From Candidatus Nomurabacteria bacterium (GTDB lineage Bacteria; Patescibacteriota; Minisyncoccia; Phycocordibacterales; UBA9973), in contig CALRAL010000001.1 of the NCBI GenBank assembly GCA_943350875.1, positions 68,992-132,991 of the forward strand: 64,000 bases of DNA. The letters are read 5' to 3'. Shown here piece after piece: positions 8,522 through 18,399 of the stretch. Position numbers and translations under genes: made by a program. Numbering within the stretch: the stretch's first letter is position 1; each line of letters starts with the position of its first letter. Below the pieces are notes generated by a model. It was given only the letters and a program-made list of their open reading frames with translations. It ran no database searches and was not told the origin of the DNA.

Positions 8522-9872
8522 AATGCAAAATCTAGATTTATCAAAAATTAAAAAAATATTTTTTGTGGGAATAGGGGGGATAGGTATCTCGGCTATTGCT
8601 AGAATGATGGTATTAGAAGGTAAAGAAGTCATAGGTTCTGATATTACAGAGAATGAAATGACAGATGAACTGAGGGAACTTGGAATAAAAATATTTTTAG
8701 GTCAGAAAATTGAATTGATTCCAAAGGATGCAGATTTGATTGTTTACTCGATAGCTATTCCTAGATATGATCCGAACTTTTTTGAAAAATTGAAGAATTT
8801 AGGTGTGTCAATGTTAACGTATCCACAAATGCTTGGATTGGTGACAAAGGACAAACACACTATTGCAGTATCTGGTACTCATGGGAAGACTACAGTGACA
8901 GCGATGATAGCTAAAATTTTGATTGATACTAGAAAAGATCCATCAGTGATAGTGGGGAGTCTTTTAAAAGATTCAAAATCTAATTTAATTGTCGGTAAGA
9001 GTGAATATTTTGTCGTGGAAGCTTGTGAATATGAGAGATCATTTTTAAATGTAAAACCAAAAATTGCAGTTATTACAAATATTGAGACAGATCATTTGGA
9101 TTATTATAAAGACCTAGCAGATATACAAAATGCTTTTAGTGAATTTATTTCACAGACAAAAGATATGGTTATTTATAATAGTAAAAATATAAACATCAGC
9201 CTACTAGTAGGCGAGTTTAAGGGTAAGCTAGTGGACTATTCAAAATATTTAAACAAAGTGCCAAAGTTATCTGTGCCAGGGGAGCATAACAGGATGAATG
9301 GGGCGGCGGCTTTGGCTGTGGCAGATGTTTTAGGCATAGATGAGGATGATGCCCAAAAATCCCTGGCTGGATTTTTGGGCACTTGGCGCCGTCTGGAGAA
9401 AAAAGGAGAAACAAAAGATGGGACCATTATTTATGACGACTATGCCCATCATCCAACAGAGATAAGGGCAAGTTTACAAGCTTTATGTGAGCTTTACCCT
9501 AAAAATAGTAAAAAGATCACAGTTATCTTTCAGCCACATCTCTACAGCAGGACAAAAGCTCTATTTGATGGTTTCTCAAAAGCTTTCAAAGAGGCAGATC
9601 TTGTTATCCTTTTGCCTATATACTTTGCCAGAGAAAAACTGGATGAAACGGTTTCTAGTGGCAAATTAGCTGAGGTAATATGTAAAAATGGAGACAAAGC
9701 CATAGCTTTTACTGATTTTGAACTAGCTACGGAATACCTAAGGAGTCAGGTTTGGGGTGGAAATGATATTTTTGTGACTATGGGGGCAGGGGAAGCGTAC
9801 AAAATTGCTGATTTATTATTCAAATACAAGCTAGACAAGACAATTTCTGAAACTGCGCCCTCGGGGACATAA
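8505..9872 (+). CDS. murC: UDP-N-acetylmuramate--L-alanine ligase MurC. The start is possibly ATG 8523.
   Basis: FFVGIGGIGISAIARMM...GSD, GTHGKTT, DYAHHPTEI. Confidence 0.85.
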   Translation: MQAGNKMQNLDLSKIKKIFFVGIGGIGISAIARMMVLEGKEVIGSDITENEMTDELRELGIKIFLGQKIELIPKDADLIVYSIAIPRYDPNFFEKLKNLGVSMLTYPQMLGLVTKDKHTIAVSGTHGKTTVTAMIAKILIDTRKDPSVIVGSLLKDSKSNLIVGKSEYFVVEACEYERSFLNVKPKIAVITNIETDHLDYYKDLADIQNAFSEFISQTKDMVIYNSKNINISLLVGEFKGKLVDYSKYLNKVPKLSVPGEHNRMNGAAALAVADVLGIDEDDAQKSLAGFLGTWRRLEKKGETKDGTIIYDDYAHHPTEIRASLQALCELYPKNSKKITVIFQPHLYSRTKALFDGFSKAFKEADLVILLPIYFAREKLDETVSSGKLAEVICKNGDKAIAFTDFELATEYLRSQVWGGNDIFVTMGAGEAYKIADLLFKYKLDKTISETAPSGT

Positions 9873-10039
9873 GGACAGGGGACCCACACGTTTCTTAAAA
9901 TTGTCTTGTCTAGCTTTTCTTACCAACACTCACTAAATTGCTCATATTTATACTATTTTTGTCAATGTTCATATCTTAGAATATCCTTATTTTACAAGCT
10001 ATTTTGTATTTGACAAGGGGTAAAAATGTTGTCTAACTA

Positions 10040-10068
10040 TTGACTTTTAAATCAGAATATGCTAGTAT
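10040..10068 (+). promoter_or_regulatory. Sigma-70-like promoter (TTGACT-17-TAGTAT)
   Basis: ttgacttttaaatcagaatatgctagtat in the 270-bp intergenic region after murC. Confidence 0.45.
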
Positions 10069-10145
10069 GTACTATGACCTTGTTATAGGCGTAAAATCCT
10101 AAAAACAAGGTCGTTTCAGTAAACACTGAAATAACAGTTACGAAG

Positions 10146-10805
10146 TTGGTGGAGCTAAACCACCATAATATGCAAAACAAAAAATTAATACGGTTTGTGG
10201 AATCTTTTATCCTTTTGCCGTTTATGAGTGTATCAATGCTTGTTTCGAGCTTGCCTCAAAATAACGTTGATATTACGAACTCACCACAAGTTGTATTGTC
10301 GCAAAAATTAAATACAAAAGCCTCAAATCTATTTGCTTTTAACCAAGCAGTAGATGAAAAGGCTAAAACCGAAGTTTTGAGGGCGGAAGCCATTGATGCT
10401 TATTTCAGGGCGAAAGAAATGCCACTTCTAGGGACAGGTATGAAGATGGTCCTTGAAGCTGAGAAGAACGATCTTGATTGGAGGCTCTTGCCGGCTGTCG
10501 CTATTCGTGAGTCTACGGGTGGTAAATTTGACTGTCAGAATGTTGATAACAACCCTTTTGGTTGGGGTTCTTGTAAGATTGGTTTTAAATCCCTCGATGA
10601 GGCTATTGAGACTGTTGCTCGTAACCTAGGTGGTAACAATCCAAGCACAGCTCGACGCTATGATAATAAAACTACCAAACAAATTCTTCGTGCGTATAAT
10701 CCGCCTTCTATCGTGCCTCGTTATGCCGAGCAAGTGATGTCTATTATGAAAGATATTGGAGACGCTGATTTAGGTGTTCCACAAGTTCCAAACATTTATA
10801 GCTAA
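10146..10805 (+). CDS. Secreted/membrane-anchored protein, possibly lytic-transglycosylase-like
   Basis: N-terminal hydrophobic segment; AVAIRESTGGK...NPFGWG weakly resembles an SLT domain. The call is weak. Confidence 0.35.
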   Translation: MVELNHHNMQNKKLIRFVESFILLPFMSVSMLVSSLPQNNVDITNSPQVVLSQKLNTKASNLFAFNQAVDEKAKTEVLRAEAIDAYFRAKEMPLLGTGMKMVLEAEKNDLDWRLLPAVAIRESTGGKFDCQNVDNNPFGWGSCKIGFKSLDEAIETVARNLGGNNPSTARRYDNKTTKQILRAYNPPSIVPRYAEQVMSIMKDIGDADLGVPQVPNIYS

Positions 10806-12008
10806 ATTGATAGGTGTGCCTTCTAGAGCGAAATAATGCAGATCAATGAAGGGTAGGGAATTACATTCTATGATACCCCATTTTTGGAGGTCTGGATCTT
10901 TGGTTGGATCTTCTATAATCAAATCAAATCCGGCTACTGGTACACTTACTATCCCGCCCGCTTTTTTAAAAATCTGATGCATTTTAGGATGTACTTCAGG
11001 CAACATTTCTTTTGTATATCCGCCGTACATCCGGCCTGTTTTCCCAGTCAGGTTTATAGTTTTATCTTTAGATAAAATACTTTCTAGTGTATAGCCCTCT
11101 CTTTTTATAAAATTAATTAATTCATCATTTATTGAGATGTCGGATAGTCTTTCATTATGATTTTTATTTTTCTCTTGTATTAGTTCCTTTATATTTTTTG
11201 TCCCATCTCCTGTGACTTTTGGTGGATCACCACGAAAGAACCCTACTAATTTATTTTCTATAACCGTTGCCCTATATACAGATCCATATAAATGTTCTTG
11301 GATGACCACAGAGTTTGTAATTAATCGAGCTGAATTAAATGCATACTCCAATTCCTCCTTGGTATTTATATTGGTGGTGGTATGTCTTTGCCTTGAACCT
11401 AGTTTTGGTTTTATGATTACTGGTTTTTCTAATTCTTTAAATGCTTTTAGTGTTTCTTTGAAATTTTTAGCTTCTCTGGTTTTTGGAGCTGGTATACCTT
11501 TGTCAGTTAATGCTTTCGCTAGGATTAATTTGTCATCAAGCCAGCCATATCCTTTTTGTGAAAACCATGGGGGAATGGGCAAGCTTTGAAAATAGAAAAA
11601 TTTATCATTTATTTTTGCTCGGTAATGATCGATACATTTCCCGAATACCTTTACTTGTTGCATCAATATTCCACGCCTTTGTGCTTCTTCCCAGATCATT
11701 TTTGATCTTCCAGTGGAAGCCTTTTCTATATCGTCGTTGTATTTTACTATGCCAATAATATGCAGAAAGTTATGTAAAATTTTTTCAATTGAGCTCGCGA
11801 TATTATTCCATTTATTATTTTTTAATATTTTAGAAAATACTTCGTCTATCTTACCCATAGTATCATCTAGAATACTGGAAACAAGTAAAAAACGGTGATT
11901 GACAACACTTGTCCCGCAGGCATCGCATATTTTTTTATTTGTTTCTGCCCTGTTCATTTTTTCTGAACTTAAAAACAAAAAACCAAAGAAATCATTTAGG
12001 TTTCCCAA
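10770..12008 (-). CDS. ATP-grasp domain protein (cyanophycin-synthetase/RimK-like)
   Basis: PVIIKPKLGSRQRHTT...YRATVIENKLVGFF...GFDLIIED...IIECNSLP, an ATP-grasp fold pattern; N-terminal CxxC. Confidence 0.55.
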   Translation of the reverse strand: MGNLNDFFGFLFLSSEKMNRAETNKKICDACGTSVVNHRFLLVSSILDDTMGKIDEVFSKILKNNKWNNIASSIEKILHNFLHIIGIVKYNDDIEKASTGRSKMIWEEAQRRGILMQQVKVFGKCIDHYRAKINDKFFYFQSLPIPPWFSQKGYGWLDDKLILAKALTDKGIPAPKTREAKNFKETLKAFKELEKPVIIKPKLGSRQRHTTTNINTKEELEYAFNSARLITNSVVIQEHLYGSVYRATVIENKLVGFFRGDPPKVTGDGTKNIKELIQEKNKNHNERLSDISINDELINFIKREGYTLESILSKDKTINLTGKTGRMYGGYTKEMLPEVHPKMHQIFKKAGGIVSVPVAGFDLIIEDPTKDPDLQKWGIIECNSLPFIDLHYFALEGTPINLAINVWNLWNT

Positions 12009-12115
12009 AATAACTTCCCTGGTTTTTGTCTAAGATTAATGTCCTCCAAGCATAGTATTTTTCTGCAAAAATAACATTAATAAACCGACGTGTACATTAT
12101 ATCACCCTCTATTTT

Positions 12116-13195
12116 TTATTCCAAGTATACTAGAGTCATTTTGTGTTCTTTTGGTTCAAACAAAGTTATTTGGAAGTTGTAATTCTTACCTAATTCGAGT
12201 TTTTCGCGAAGTTTAGCTTCAGAGCCAAAGGTGGAGTTATGCACTAGTCCAGCTACTCCTTCTTTAATAGAAACTAACGCTCCATGTTTGTTGTATTTTA
12301 TAACCACACCTTTGATTATTTCTCCTTTTTTTAATTTACCCTCGTATTCTTTCCATGGATTTTCTTTGAGTGCCTTGATGGAAAGAGAAACTTTGCCATC
12401 TTTTATCTCAATAACTTTTGCTTTTACCATCTCTCCAACTTTAAACATATTACGAGGATCATCCACGAGGCCCCAATCAAGTTCAGAGATGTGTACTAGG
12501 CCTTCTAATTTGTCTTCCAATTTTAAGAATATACCGAAGTCCACTATTCCTGCGACAGCGCATTCTAGTTCATCCCCGACGTTATATTTGCTCAAAATTT
12601 CCTTTTTCTGTTCCGGATTGTTGTCTTTTTCAGAAAAGATTAGTTTGCCTTCTTTTGGCAGGGTAGAAATAATCATCACGGGAATCTTCTGACCAACAAG
12701 CTTCTTTAATTCTTTTAATATTTTATCTTTATCTGAATCAAGTACCCGAGGATAGTGTTCAGCTTTGAGTTGAGAAGCAGGTAGGAAGCCTTGGATTCCT
12801 TGCCATTCTAAAATAAGTCCGCCTTTGTTGGCATCTTTTATTTCGAGCTCCATCACAGTCTTTGCTTTGATGGCTTTTTCCGCTTCGCTCCAGGTGAGGG
12901 CTTGTTTGGCTTCTTTTAGGGAAAGTTCTATGTAGCCGTTTTCGTTTTCCTTTTCTACAACCTTTGCTTTGATGATATCACCGAGACTTATTTTCTTGAT
13001 GATGTCTTTAGCGTTGATAAATTCTTTTCCGTAAATAATGCCGATACCGATAGGTGAAAGATCCACATACACTGAGGACTTTTTTACCATGATAACTGGA
13101 CCCTCAACTAATGAATCAACTTCTGGTCTGTTTACACTTCTATCCAAGACTGATTTTAATAACAAGTTCTCTACAATTATTTCTTCTTTTTCCAT
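12116..13195 (-). CDS. S1 RNA-binding repeat protein (ribosomal protein S1-like)
   Basis: Four repeated S1-like modules (GDIIKAKVVEKE..., GDELECAVAGIVDFGIFL..., GEMVKAKVIEIKDGKVSLS...). Confidence 0.7.
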   Translation of the reverse strand: MEKEEIIVENLLLKSVLDRSVNRPEVDSLVEGPVIMVKKSSVYVDLSPIGIGIIYGKEFINAKDIIKKISLGDIIKAKVVEKENENGYIELSLKEAKQALTWSEAEKAIKAKTVMELEIKDANKGGLILEWQGIQGFLPASQLKAEHYPRVLDSDKDKILKELKKLVGQKIPVMIISTLPKEGKLIFSEKDNNPEQKKEILSKYNVGDELECAVAGIVDFGIFLKLEDKLEGLVHISELDWGLVDDPRNMFKVGEMVKAKVIEIKDGKVSLSIKALKENPWKEYEGKLKKGEIIKGVVIKYNKHGALVSIKEGVAGLVHNSTFGSEAKLREKLELGKNYNFQITLFEPKEHKMTLVYLE

Positions 13196-13475
13196 AAATG
13201 ATTTTTAAACAAAAATTCCGCCAAAATGGCGGACTATAGGTCTGGGTGTTGCTTTGACTTACGTCTCCACAGTGTTATCCCAAATCCGCTGATAAATATA
13301 AACTTATTTTTATACTACTACATATTGGTAGAGATTGCAAGGGAATTTAGAGAAGGAAAAACCAAAGGCAGCGGTGAGGATTTAAACTCTTTACTTTTTA
13401 TGTAAATAAGGTATTATTAGAACAAACAAATAAACCTACATTTTGTAGGAGTCTGTTTTTTGAAAGGATAATATT

Positions 13476-13721
13476 ATGCAAGACAAAGAATTACATAGAT
13501 TGTTCAAGAATCAAATGGAAGAAAACCGCAAGAAAAAAGAAGGCACGTATGTCGAAAAAGTAGACACAAAAAAGATTACCCAAAACAATGGAAACAAAGA
13601 AGAGCAAAAAGAAATCGAAACACCTATCACGCATATAAGAAAAGCCATTGGATCTAATACTGTTGCTAATGCGCTCGGCATTGTTGATCCCGCAAATCCA
13701 TTTGGTATTGGTACTTGGTAA
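13476..13721 (+). CDS. Hypothetical small charged protein
   Basis: ORF only; Lys/Glu-rich. Confidence 0.3.
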   Translation: MQDKELHRLFKNQMEENRKKKEGTYVEKVDTKKITQNNGNKEEQKEIETPITHIRKAIGSNTVANALGIVDPANPFGIGTW

Positions 13722-13759
13722 GCCAAAAATAGAGTTTCTTGTAAAAGATCTCTATTTTT

Positions 13760-14425
13760 TTGTTCCTTTTTTCCAAAAAATTTGCTATACTATATACAAT
13801 GATAATCACATATTTTGGCAAACAATTTTTCAAGATTGGGCAAGGGGATATGACTATCGCTTTTAACCCTGTCAGTAAAGCTTCAAAAACAGGCGTGTCA
13901 ACCCATTTCGGGGCAGATATAGCCCTCGTGACCACAAACCATCCTGACTATAACGGCGTAGAACAGCTCTCGCATGGAGACAGAGAGCCTTTTTGTGTGA
14001 CGGGCCCAGGGGATTACGAGATTAAAGAAATTTTCATTAAAGGTTTGGCGTCTGGCGGGGTGATTGATGGTAAAAAATACATCAATACGATTTACTCGCT
14101 GGCTATCGACGGGATAAATATCGTTTTTCTAGGAGCCTTGTCTGATCCTGAATTTACCAAAGAAGCAGGCGAGGCCATAGATAGCGTAGATATACTTTTT
14201 GTGCCGGTGGGTGATAAGGGCTTACTGGACGCGAAATCTTCTGCTAAACTAGTATCATCTATCGAGCCAAAAATAATTATCCCGATGGATTATGATAGCG
14301 CATCTCTCAAAGCGTTCTTGAAAGAGATGGGGGAAGAAGGGGCCGAAGTAGTGGATAAATTAACATTGAAAAGGAAAGATTTAGAAGGTAAAGAAGGGGA
14401 AATAATAGTTTTATCAGCGATTTAA
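13760..14425 (+). CDS. Putative MBL-fold (UPF0173-like) metal-dependent hydrolase; the start is probably internal (~13850)
   Basis: DIALVTTNHPDYNG resembles a degenerate HxHxDH motif; the call is weak. Confidence 0.35.
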   Translation: MFLFSKKFAILYTMIITYFGKQFFKIGQGDMTIAFNPVSKASKTGVSTHFGADIALVTTNHPDYNGVEQLSHGDREPFCVTGPGDYEIKEIFIKGLASGGVIDGKKYINTIYSLAIDGINIVFLGALSDPEFTKEAGEAIDSVDILFVPVGDKGLLDAKSSAKLVSSIEPKIIIPMDYDSASLKAFLKEMGEEGAEVVDKLTLKRKDLEGKEGEIIVLSAI

Positions 14426-14429
14426 TTAT

Positions 14430-14678
14430 ATGAAAAAAGTAATTCATTATTTAAGGAAGCAACCAGAGCAAACAAGAAAGCATATTTTGCATATTTCGAT
14501 CGGGGCTATCACGGTCATTATGGTGGTGCTTTGGGGGTACAGTTTAGCTAAGAGCTTCAGTGGTCCGGAAGTAAAAGCAAAACTACAAAATGATCTGAAG
14601 CCATTTTCTGTATTAAAAGATAATATCACAAATGGTTATAATAATATTTCTGGATCAGTCAATCGATCAACCCAATAA
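14430..14678 (+). CDS. Small membrane protein
   Basis: One TM (ISIGAITVIMVVLWGY) after a basic N-terminus. Confidence 0.4.
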   Translation: MKKVIHYLRKQPEQTRKHILHISIGAITVIMVVLWGYSLAKSFSGPEVKAKLQNDLKPFSVLKDNITNGYNNISGSVNRSTQ

Positions 14679-14681
14679 TTT

Positions 14682-17141
14682 ATGGCAAAAAAGAATGAAG
14701 ACATAATAGAAAATGTGCCTACTGGAAGCATTATTCCTGTCGATGTGATTTCTGAAATGAAAGAGTCATATTTGGCGTATGCTATGTCCGTCATCACTTC
14801 TCGTGCCTTGCCAGATGTCAGAGACGGATTAAAGCCAGTGCATAGGAGAATTTTATTTTCTATGAATGAACTTGGACTCACTGCTTCAGCGCGTTTCAGA
14901 AAGTCTGCCTTGGTAGTCGGAGATGTGCTCGGAAAATACCATCCGCATGGCGATACGGCAGTGTACGACTCGATGGTGGGTATGGCGCAGGATTTCTCAT
15001 ATCGTTACCCACTCGTTTTGGGTCAAGGGAACTTTGGTTCTATAGATGGCGACAATGCAGCAGCGATGCGTTATACCGAAGCGAAAATGTCCAAAATTTC
15101 TTCTGAACTTTTGCGTGATTTAGAAAAAGAAACAATTGATTTTCGTCCAAACTATGATCAGACTCGCCGAGAGCCGATAGTTTTCCCTTCGGCTGTGCCT
15201 TCGCTTTTATTAAATGGCACACTTGGTATCGCTGTTGGCATGGCTACAAATATTCCCTCGCACAATCTAGCCGAGGTGATAGACGCTACCAATTATTTAA
15301 TTGAAAATAGTGATGCAACGACTGAAGACCTAATGCAATTCATTAAAGGTCCTGATTTCCCGACTGGAGGAGTGGCATATGGATATAAAGACATGCTTCA
15401 TGCGTATTCTACTGGCCGTGGAGGAGTGGTGTGTCGGGGGGAAGCGGAAATAGTGGAAGAAAAAAACAGTAGTTTCCAAATTATTATTACTTCGATTCCT
15501 TTTCGGGTAAACAAAGCGAATTTGATAATGTCTATCGCAGAATTGGTACAGGAAAAAAAGCTCGAAGGTATCAAAGGTCTGCGAGATGAATCCACAAAAG
15601 ATATTCGTATAGTTATCGACTTGAAAAACGGCGCTTTTCCTGAAAAAGTTTTAAACTATATTTATAAAAATACTCAACTTGAATCCAATTTTAATTTTAA
15701 TATCGTGGCCTTGGTGGATGGGGTGCCACAGACTCTTTCTTTAAAATCCATCCTTTCAGAATTTATTTCTCACCGCAAAGAAGTGGTCCGTCGTAGGTCA
15801 GAATATGATTTAAGAAAAGCAGAGGAACGTGAACATATTTTACTTGGGCTTAAGAAAGCGCTTGATAAGATTGATCGTGTTATCACTGTCATTCGTGCTT
15901 CCAAAGATGCACAATTGGCTAAAGCTAACTTAATGAAAGAATTTAAGTTTTCAGATTTGCAGGCATCTGCTATTTTAGAGATGAAGTTACAAAAGCTCGC
16001 AGGTCTCGAAAGGAAACAAGTGGAAAATGAACTTGAAGAAAGACAAAATTTTATCAAAGAAATAAAAGAACTTTTAGCTAGTCCTAAAAAGATGCTTGGA
16101 GTTATATCTGCTGAACTAAAAGAAATTAGAGAAAAGTACAAAGACGATAGAAGGACCAAGATAGTCAAAGGTGGAGTAAAAGAAATTTCTGACGAAGATT
16201 TAATTCCAGAAAAGGAAGCGATGCTCGTATTCACCGCCGGCGGATATGTGAAGCTCACTGATCCATCAGAATATCATGCGCAAAAGCGTGGTGGGGTGGG
16301 GGTAGTGGATCTAGAAACAAAAGAAGAGGATTTTGTAACGATGCTAGTAGCTGGATCTACGCATGATGATGTGCTTTTCTTTACGAATCTGGGTAAAGCG
16401 TACCAGATAAAAATGTTTGATATACCAGAGGGTAGGCGTGCTACAAAAGGAAAATCTATTATGAACTTTTTGTCTCTGGCCGGAGACGAAAAGGTGACTT
16501 CTATTTTGCCAATACCAAAAGAATTTAAGAAAGCTCCTGTGTCGCTGATGTTGGTGACTAAAAATGGTACAGCAAAAAAGATGTCCAGTGTTAGTTTTGA
16601 AGATGTACGTAGGAGCGGAATCATCGCTATAAAGCTCGATAAAGGAGATGAGCTCATTTCAGCCCTTTTGACCGACAAAGGTGATGAGGTCATGTTAGCG
16701 ACTGCAGGGGGGCAATCCATACGCTTTAAAGAGTCAGATATTAGGGAAATGGGTAGAACAGCTGGTGGAGTGAGGGGTATAAAACTGGCTAAAAGTGATG
16801 AAGTTATCAGTGTAGATGTTGTTCGAAAAGATAAAAAAGACGGATCATTCTTAACCATGAGTGCGAATGGATTTGGTAAGAAAACACCCTTAAAAGAGTA
16901 TAAAGTGCAGAAAAGAGGTGGTTCTGGAATCAAAACTGCCAAAGTGACCCCTAAAACAGGCAAATTAATCGTGGCCAAAGTGCTTACCGGCGAGGAAGAA
17001 GAATTGATTGCTATGTCTAAAAAGGGACAAGTCATCCGCACCGCTTTGAAAGAAATATCTTCTCTCGGCCGTCAAACTCAAGGTGTGACAGTCATGCGTC
17101 TCCGTGCTGGCGACGGCATAGCATCTATCGCCTGCGCGTAG
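14682..17141 (+). CDS. gyrA: DNA gyrase subunit A
   Basis: [26 protein letters not shown], catalytic Tyr region, and C-terminal beta-pinwheel repeats. Confidence 0.93.
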   Translation: MAKKNEDIIENVPTGSIIPVDVISEMKESYLAYAMSVITSRALPDVRDGLKPVHRRILFSMNELGLTASARFRKSALVVGDVLGKYHPHGDTAVYDSMVGMAQDFSYRYPLVLGQGNFGSIDGDNAAAMRYTEAKMSKISSELLRDLEKETIDFRPNYDQTRREPIVFPSAVPSLLLNGTLGIAVGMATNIPSHNLAEVIDATNYLIENSDATTEDLMQFIKGPDFPTGGVAYGYKDMLHAYSTGRGGVVCRGEAEIVEEKNSSFQIIITSIPFRVNKANLIMSIAELVQEKKLEGIKGLRDESTKDIRIVIDLKNGAFPEKVLNYIYKNTQLESNFNFNIVALVDGVPQTLSLKSILSEFISHRKEVVRRRSEYDLRKAEEREHILLGLKKALDKIDRVITVIRASKDAQLAKANLMKEFKFSDLQASAILEMKLQKLAGLERKQVENELEERQNFIKEIKELLASPKKMLGVISAELKEIREKYKDDRRTKIVKGGVKEISDEDLIPEKEAMLVFTAGGYVKLTDPSEYHAQKRGGVGVVDLETKEEDFVTMLVAGSTHDDVLFFTNLGKAYQIKMFDIPEGRRATKGKSIMNFLSLAGDEKVTSILPIPKEFKKAPVSLMLVTKNGTAKKMSSVSFEDVRRSGIIAIKLDKGDELISALLTDKGDEVMLATAGGQSIRFKESDIREMGRTAGGVRGIKLAKSDEVISVDVVRKDKKDGSFLTMSANGFGKKTPLKEYKVQKRGGSGIKTAKVTPKTGKLIVAKVLTGEEEELIAMSKKGQVIRTALKEISSLGRQTQGVTVMRLRAGDGIASIACA

Positions 17142-17147
17142 TATAAA

Positions 17148-17170
17148 ATGTCAAAGACCGTCTTTGACAT
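17148..17170. repeat. Left terminal hairpin palindrome of the IS200-like unit
   Basis: 11-bp arms with a 1-nt centre; the tnpA stop codon lies inside it. Confidence 0.8.
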
Positions 17171-17798
17171 CAAAAATTAGTGTTTCTTTTATGAAACTTT
17201 CTTGATCTCCAAAAGTCGATAATAATAGTTCTTTATTTATTATCGATAAATTTCTGTTATTAGCGAAATCATCATAACTATTCCACAAATGATCTGATGG
17301 ATGTTTTACAATTTTATCTTTTACTGGATTCATGTGTATATAAGTCGATGTCCACATTAATTGTGGATTATTTTCTATTAATACAGATTTGAATTTATCT
17401 TGGAATATGTGCCCAACTCGTTTGTATTTTTTATTTATATATTTTACATAACTTGTGCAAAGTTTTGAAATCAATTTTGAAACGGATATATCTCCAACTT
17501 GTTCAATAAGTAGATGAAAGTGATTAGGCATGAGACAGAAAGCATGCAGTTTAAAATTGTTTTTATTTGTTTCAGTAATCCTAATTCTAGAGTAGGGCAT
17601 TGAAGTTATTTTTTCTTTATTTAGTTCTTCTTCTGTAAATCCTAGACATAATCCAAGTCTAAAGAGAAAAGCTTTGTAATCTTGCTCGTCAAGAAATATT
17701 TTTTCCTTATTATTGCCTCTATTATAAACATGAAAAATATGTCCGGAGGCAAATTTTTTGTAATCTCTGTTATTTATAGATACAGTATAGCATGTCAA
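17151..17798 (-). CDS. IS200/IS605-family Y1 (HUH) transposase TnpA / REP-associated tyrosine transposase-like
   Basis: SGHIFHVYNRGNNKEKIF N-terminal motif, HUH motif LMPNHFHLL, and C-terminal catalytic-Tyr block YIHMNPVKDKIV...W.SY. Confidence 0.8.
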   Translation of the reverse strand: MTCYTVSINNRDYKKFASGHIFHVYNRGNNKEKIFLDEQDYKAFLFRLGLCLGFTEEELNKEKITSMPYSRIRITETNKNNFKLHAFCLMPNHFHLLIEQVGDISVSKLISKLCTSYVKYINKKYKRVGHIFQDKFKSVLIENNPQLMWTSTYIHMNPVKDKIVKHPSDHLWNSYDDFANNRNLSIINKELLLSTFGDQESFIKETLIFDVKDGL

Positions 17799-17814
17799 AG
17801 ACGGTCTTTGACAT
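17792..17814. repeat. Right terminal hairpin palindrome of the IS200-like unit
   Basis: Reverse complement of the left copy; it overlaps the tnpA start codon. Confidence 0.8.
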
Positions 17815-17822
17815 GAGGTTTG

Positions 17823-17865
17823 TTGATAACTTTTATGAGGAAATACTACTTTGTAGTATAATTAC
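17823..17865 (+). promoter_or_regulatory. Promoter (TTGATA ... TTTGTAGTATAAT) for the methyltransferase gene
   Basis: ttgataacttttatgaggaaatactactttgtagtataat; the TTGTAGTATAAT -10 type also recurs at 2957 and 3580. Confidence 0.45.
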
Positions 17866-17868
17866 TGC

Positions 17869-18393
17869 ATGTTTACCGAGCCAGTAAAAAATCTAAAAGC
17901 TTTTGGTCTGCGTGACGATATGGTCGTGGCGGATTTGGGAGCAGGGACTGGATTTTATACTATTCCGGCTGGGTTTATGGTGCCTCGAGGCAAAGTCTAT
18001 GCTGTCGAAATACAGAAAGATTATTTAGTGACTCTAAAGAATAAAGTGGTGGAGGCAAATTTACATAATGTGGAGATTTTTTGGGGCAATATTGAAAAAC
18101 TCGGGGGCACAAAAATAAGGGACAAAGTAGTAGATGCAGTCATCGCTTCTAACATACTTTTTCAAGTCGTAGATAAAGAAAAATTTATCGAAGAAATAAA
18201 TAGAATTTTAAAACCAGGTGGCAGAGTTCTACTTATAGATTGGTCTTCTTGGATATCTATAGTGAGTGCTGGTTCTAAAAAAAGTGTTTCAAAAGACGAA
18301 GCTAGAAAAATGTTTGAAGAAAAGGGTTTTATTTTTGAGCGAGAAATTAACACTGGGGCGCATCACTATGGTATAATATTTAGTAAGTTGTAA
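17869..18393 (+). CDS. Class I SAM-dependent methyltransferase
   Basis: Motif I VADLGAGTGFYT; ILKPGGRVLLID. Confidence 0.75.
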   Translation: MFTEPVKNLKAFGLRDDMVVADLGAGTGFYTIPAGFMVPRGKVYAVEIQKDYLVTLKNKVVEANLHNVEIFWGNIEKLGGTKIRDKVVDAVIASNILFQVVDKEKFIEEINRILKPGGRVLLIDWSSWISIVSAGSKKSVSKDEARKMFEEKGFIFEREINTGAHHYGIIFSKL

Positions 18394-18399
18394 AGTAAA

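Larger units (their letters stand above)
17148..17814 (-). mobile_element. Minimal IS200/IS605-family (RAYT-like) element: Y1 transposase flanked by inverted 23-nt hairpin palindromes
   Basis: ATGTCAAAGACCGTCTTTGACAT at 17148-17170 and its reverse complement ATGTCAAAGACGGTCTTTGACAT at 17792-17814 bracket the tnpA ORF. Confidence 0.75.

Noticed and set aside
13196-13475. Possible ncRNA (SRP/tmRNA-like) in the 280-bp gap upstream of the S1 gene
   Set aside because: Only a single CCGCC/GGCGG hairpin shared with family D was found. There is no recognisable 4.5S/tmRNA/RNase P consensus. It is more likely a promoter/leader region. It is retained only as part of the hairpin-family finding.
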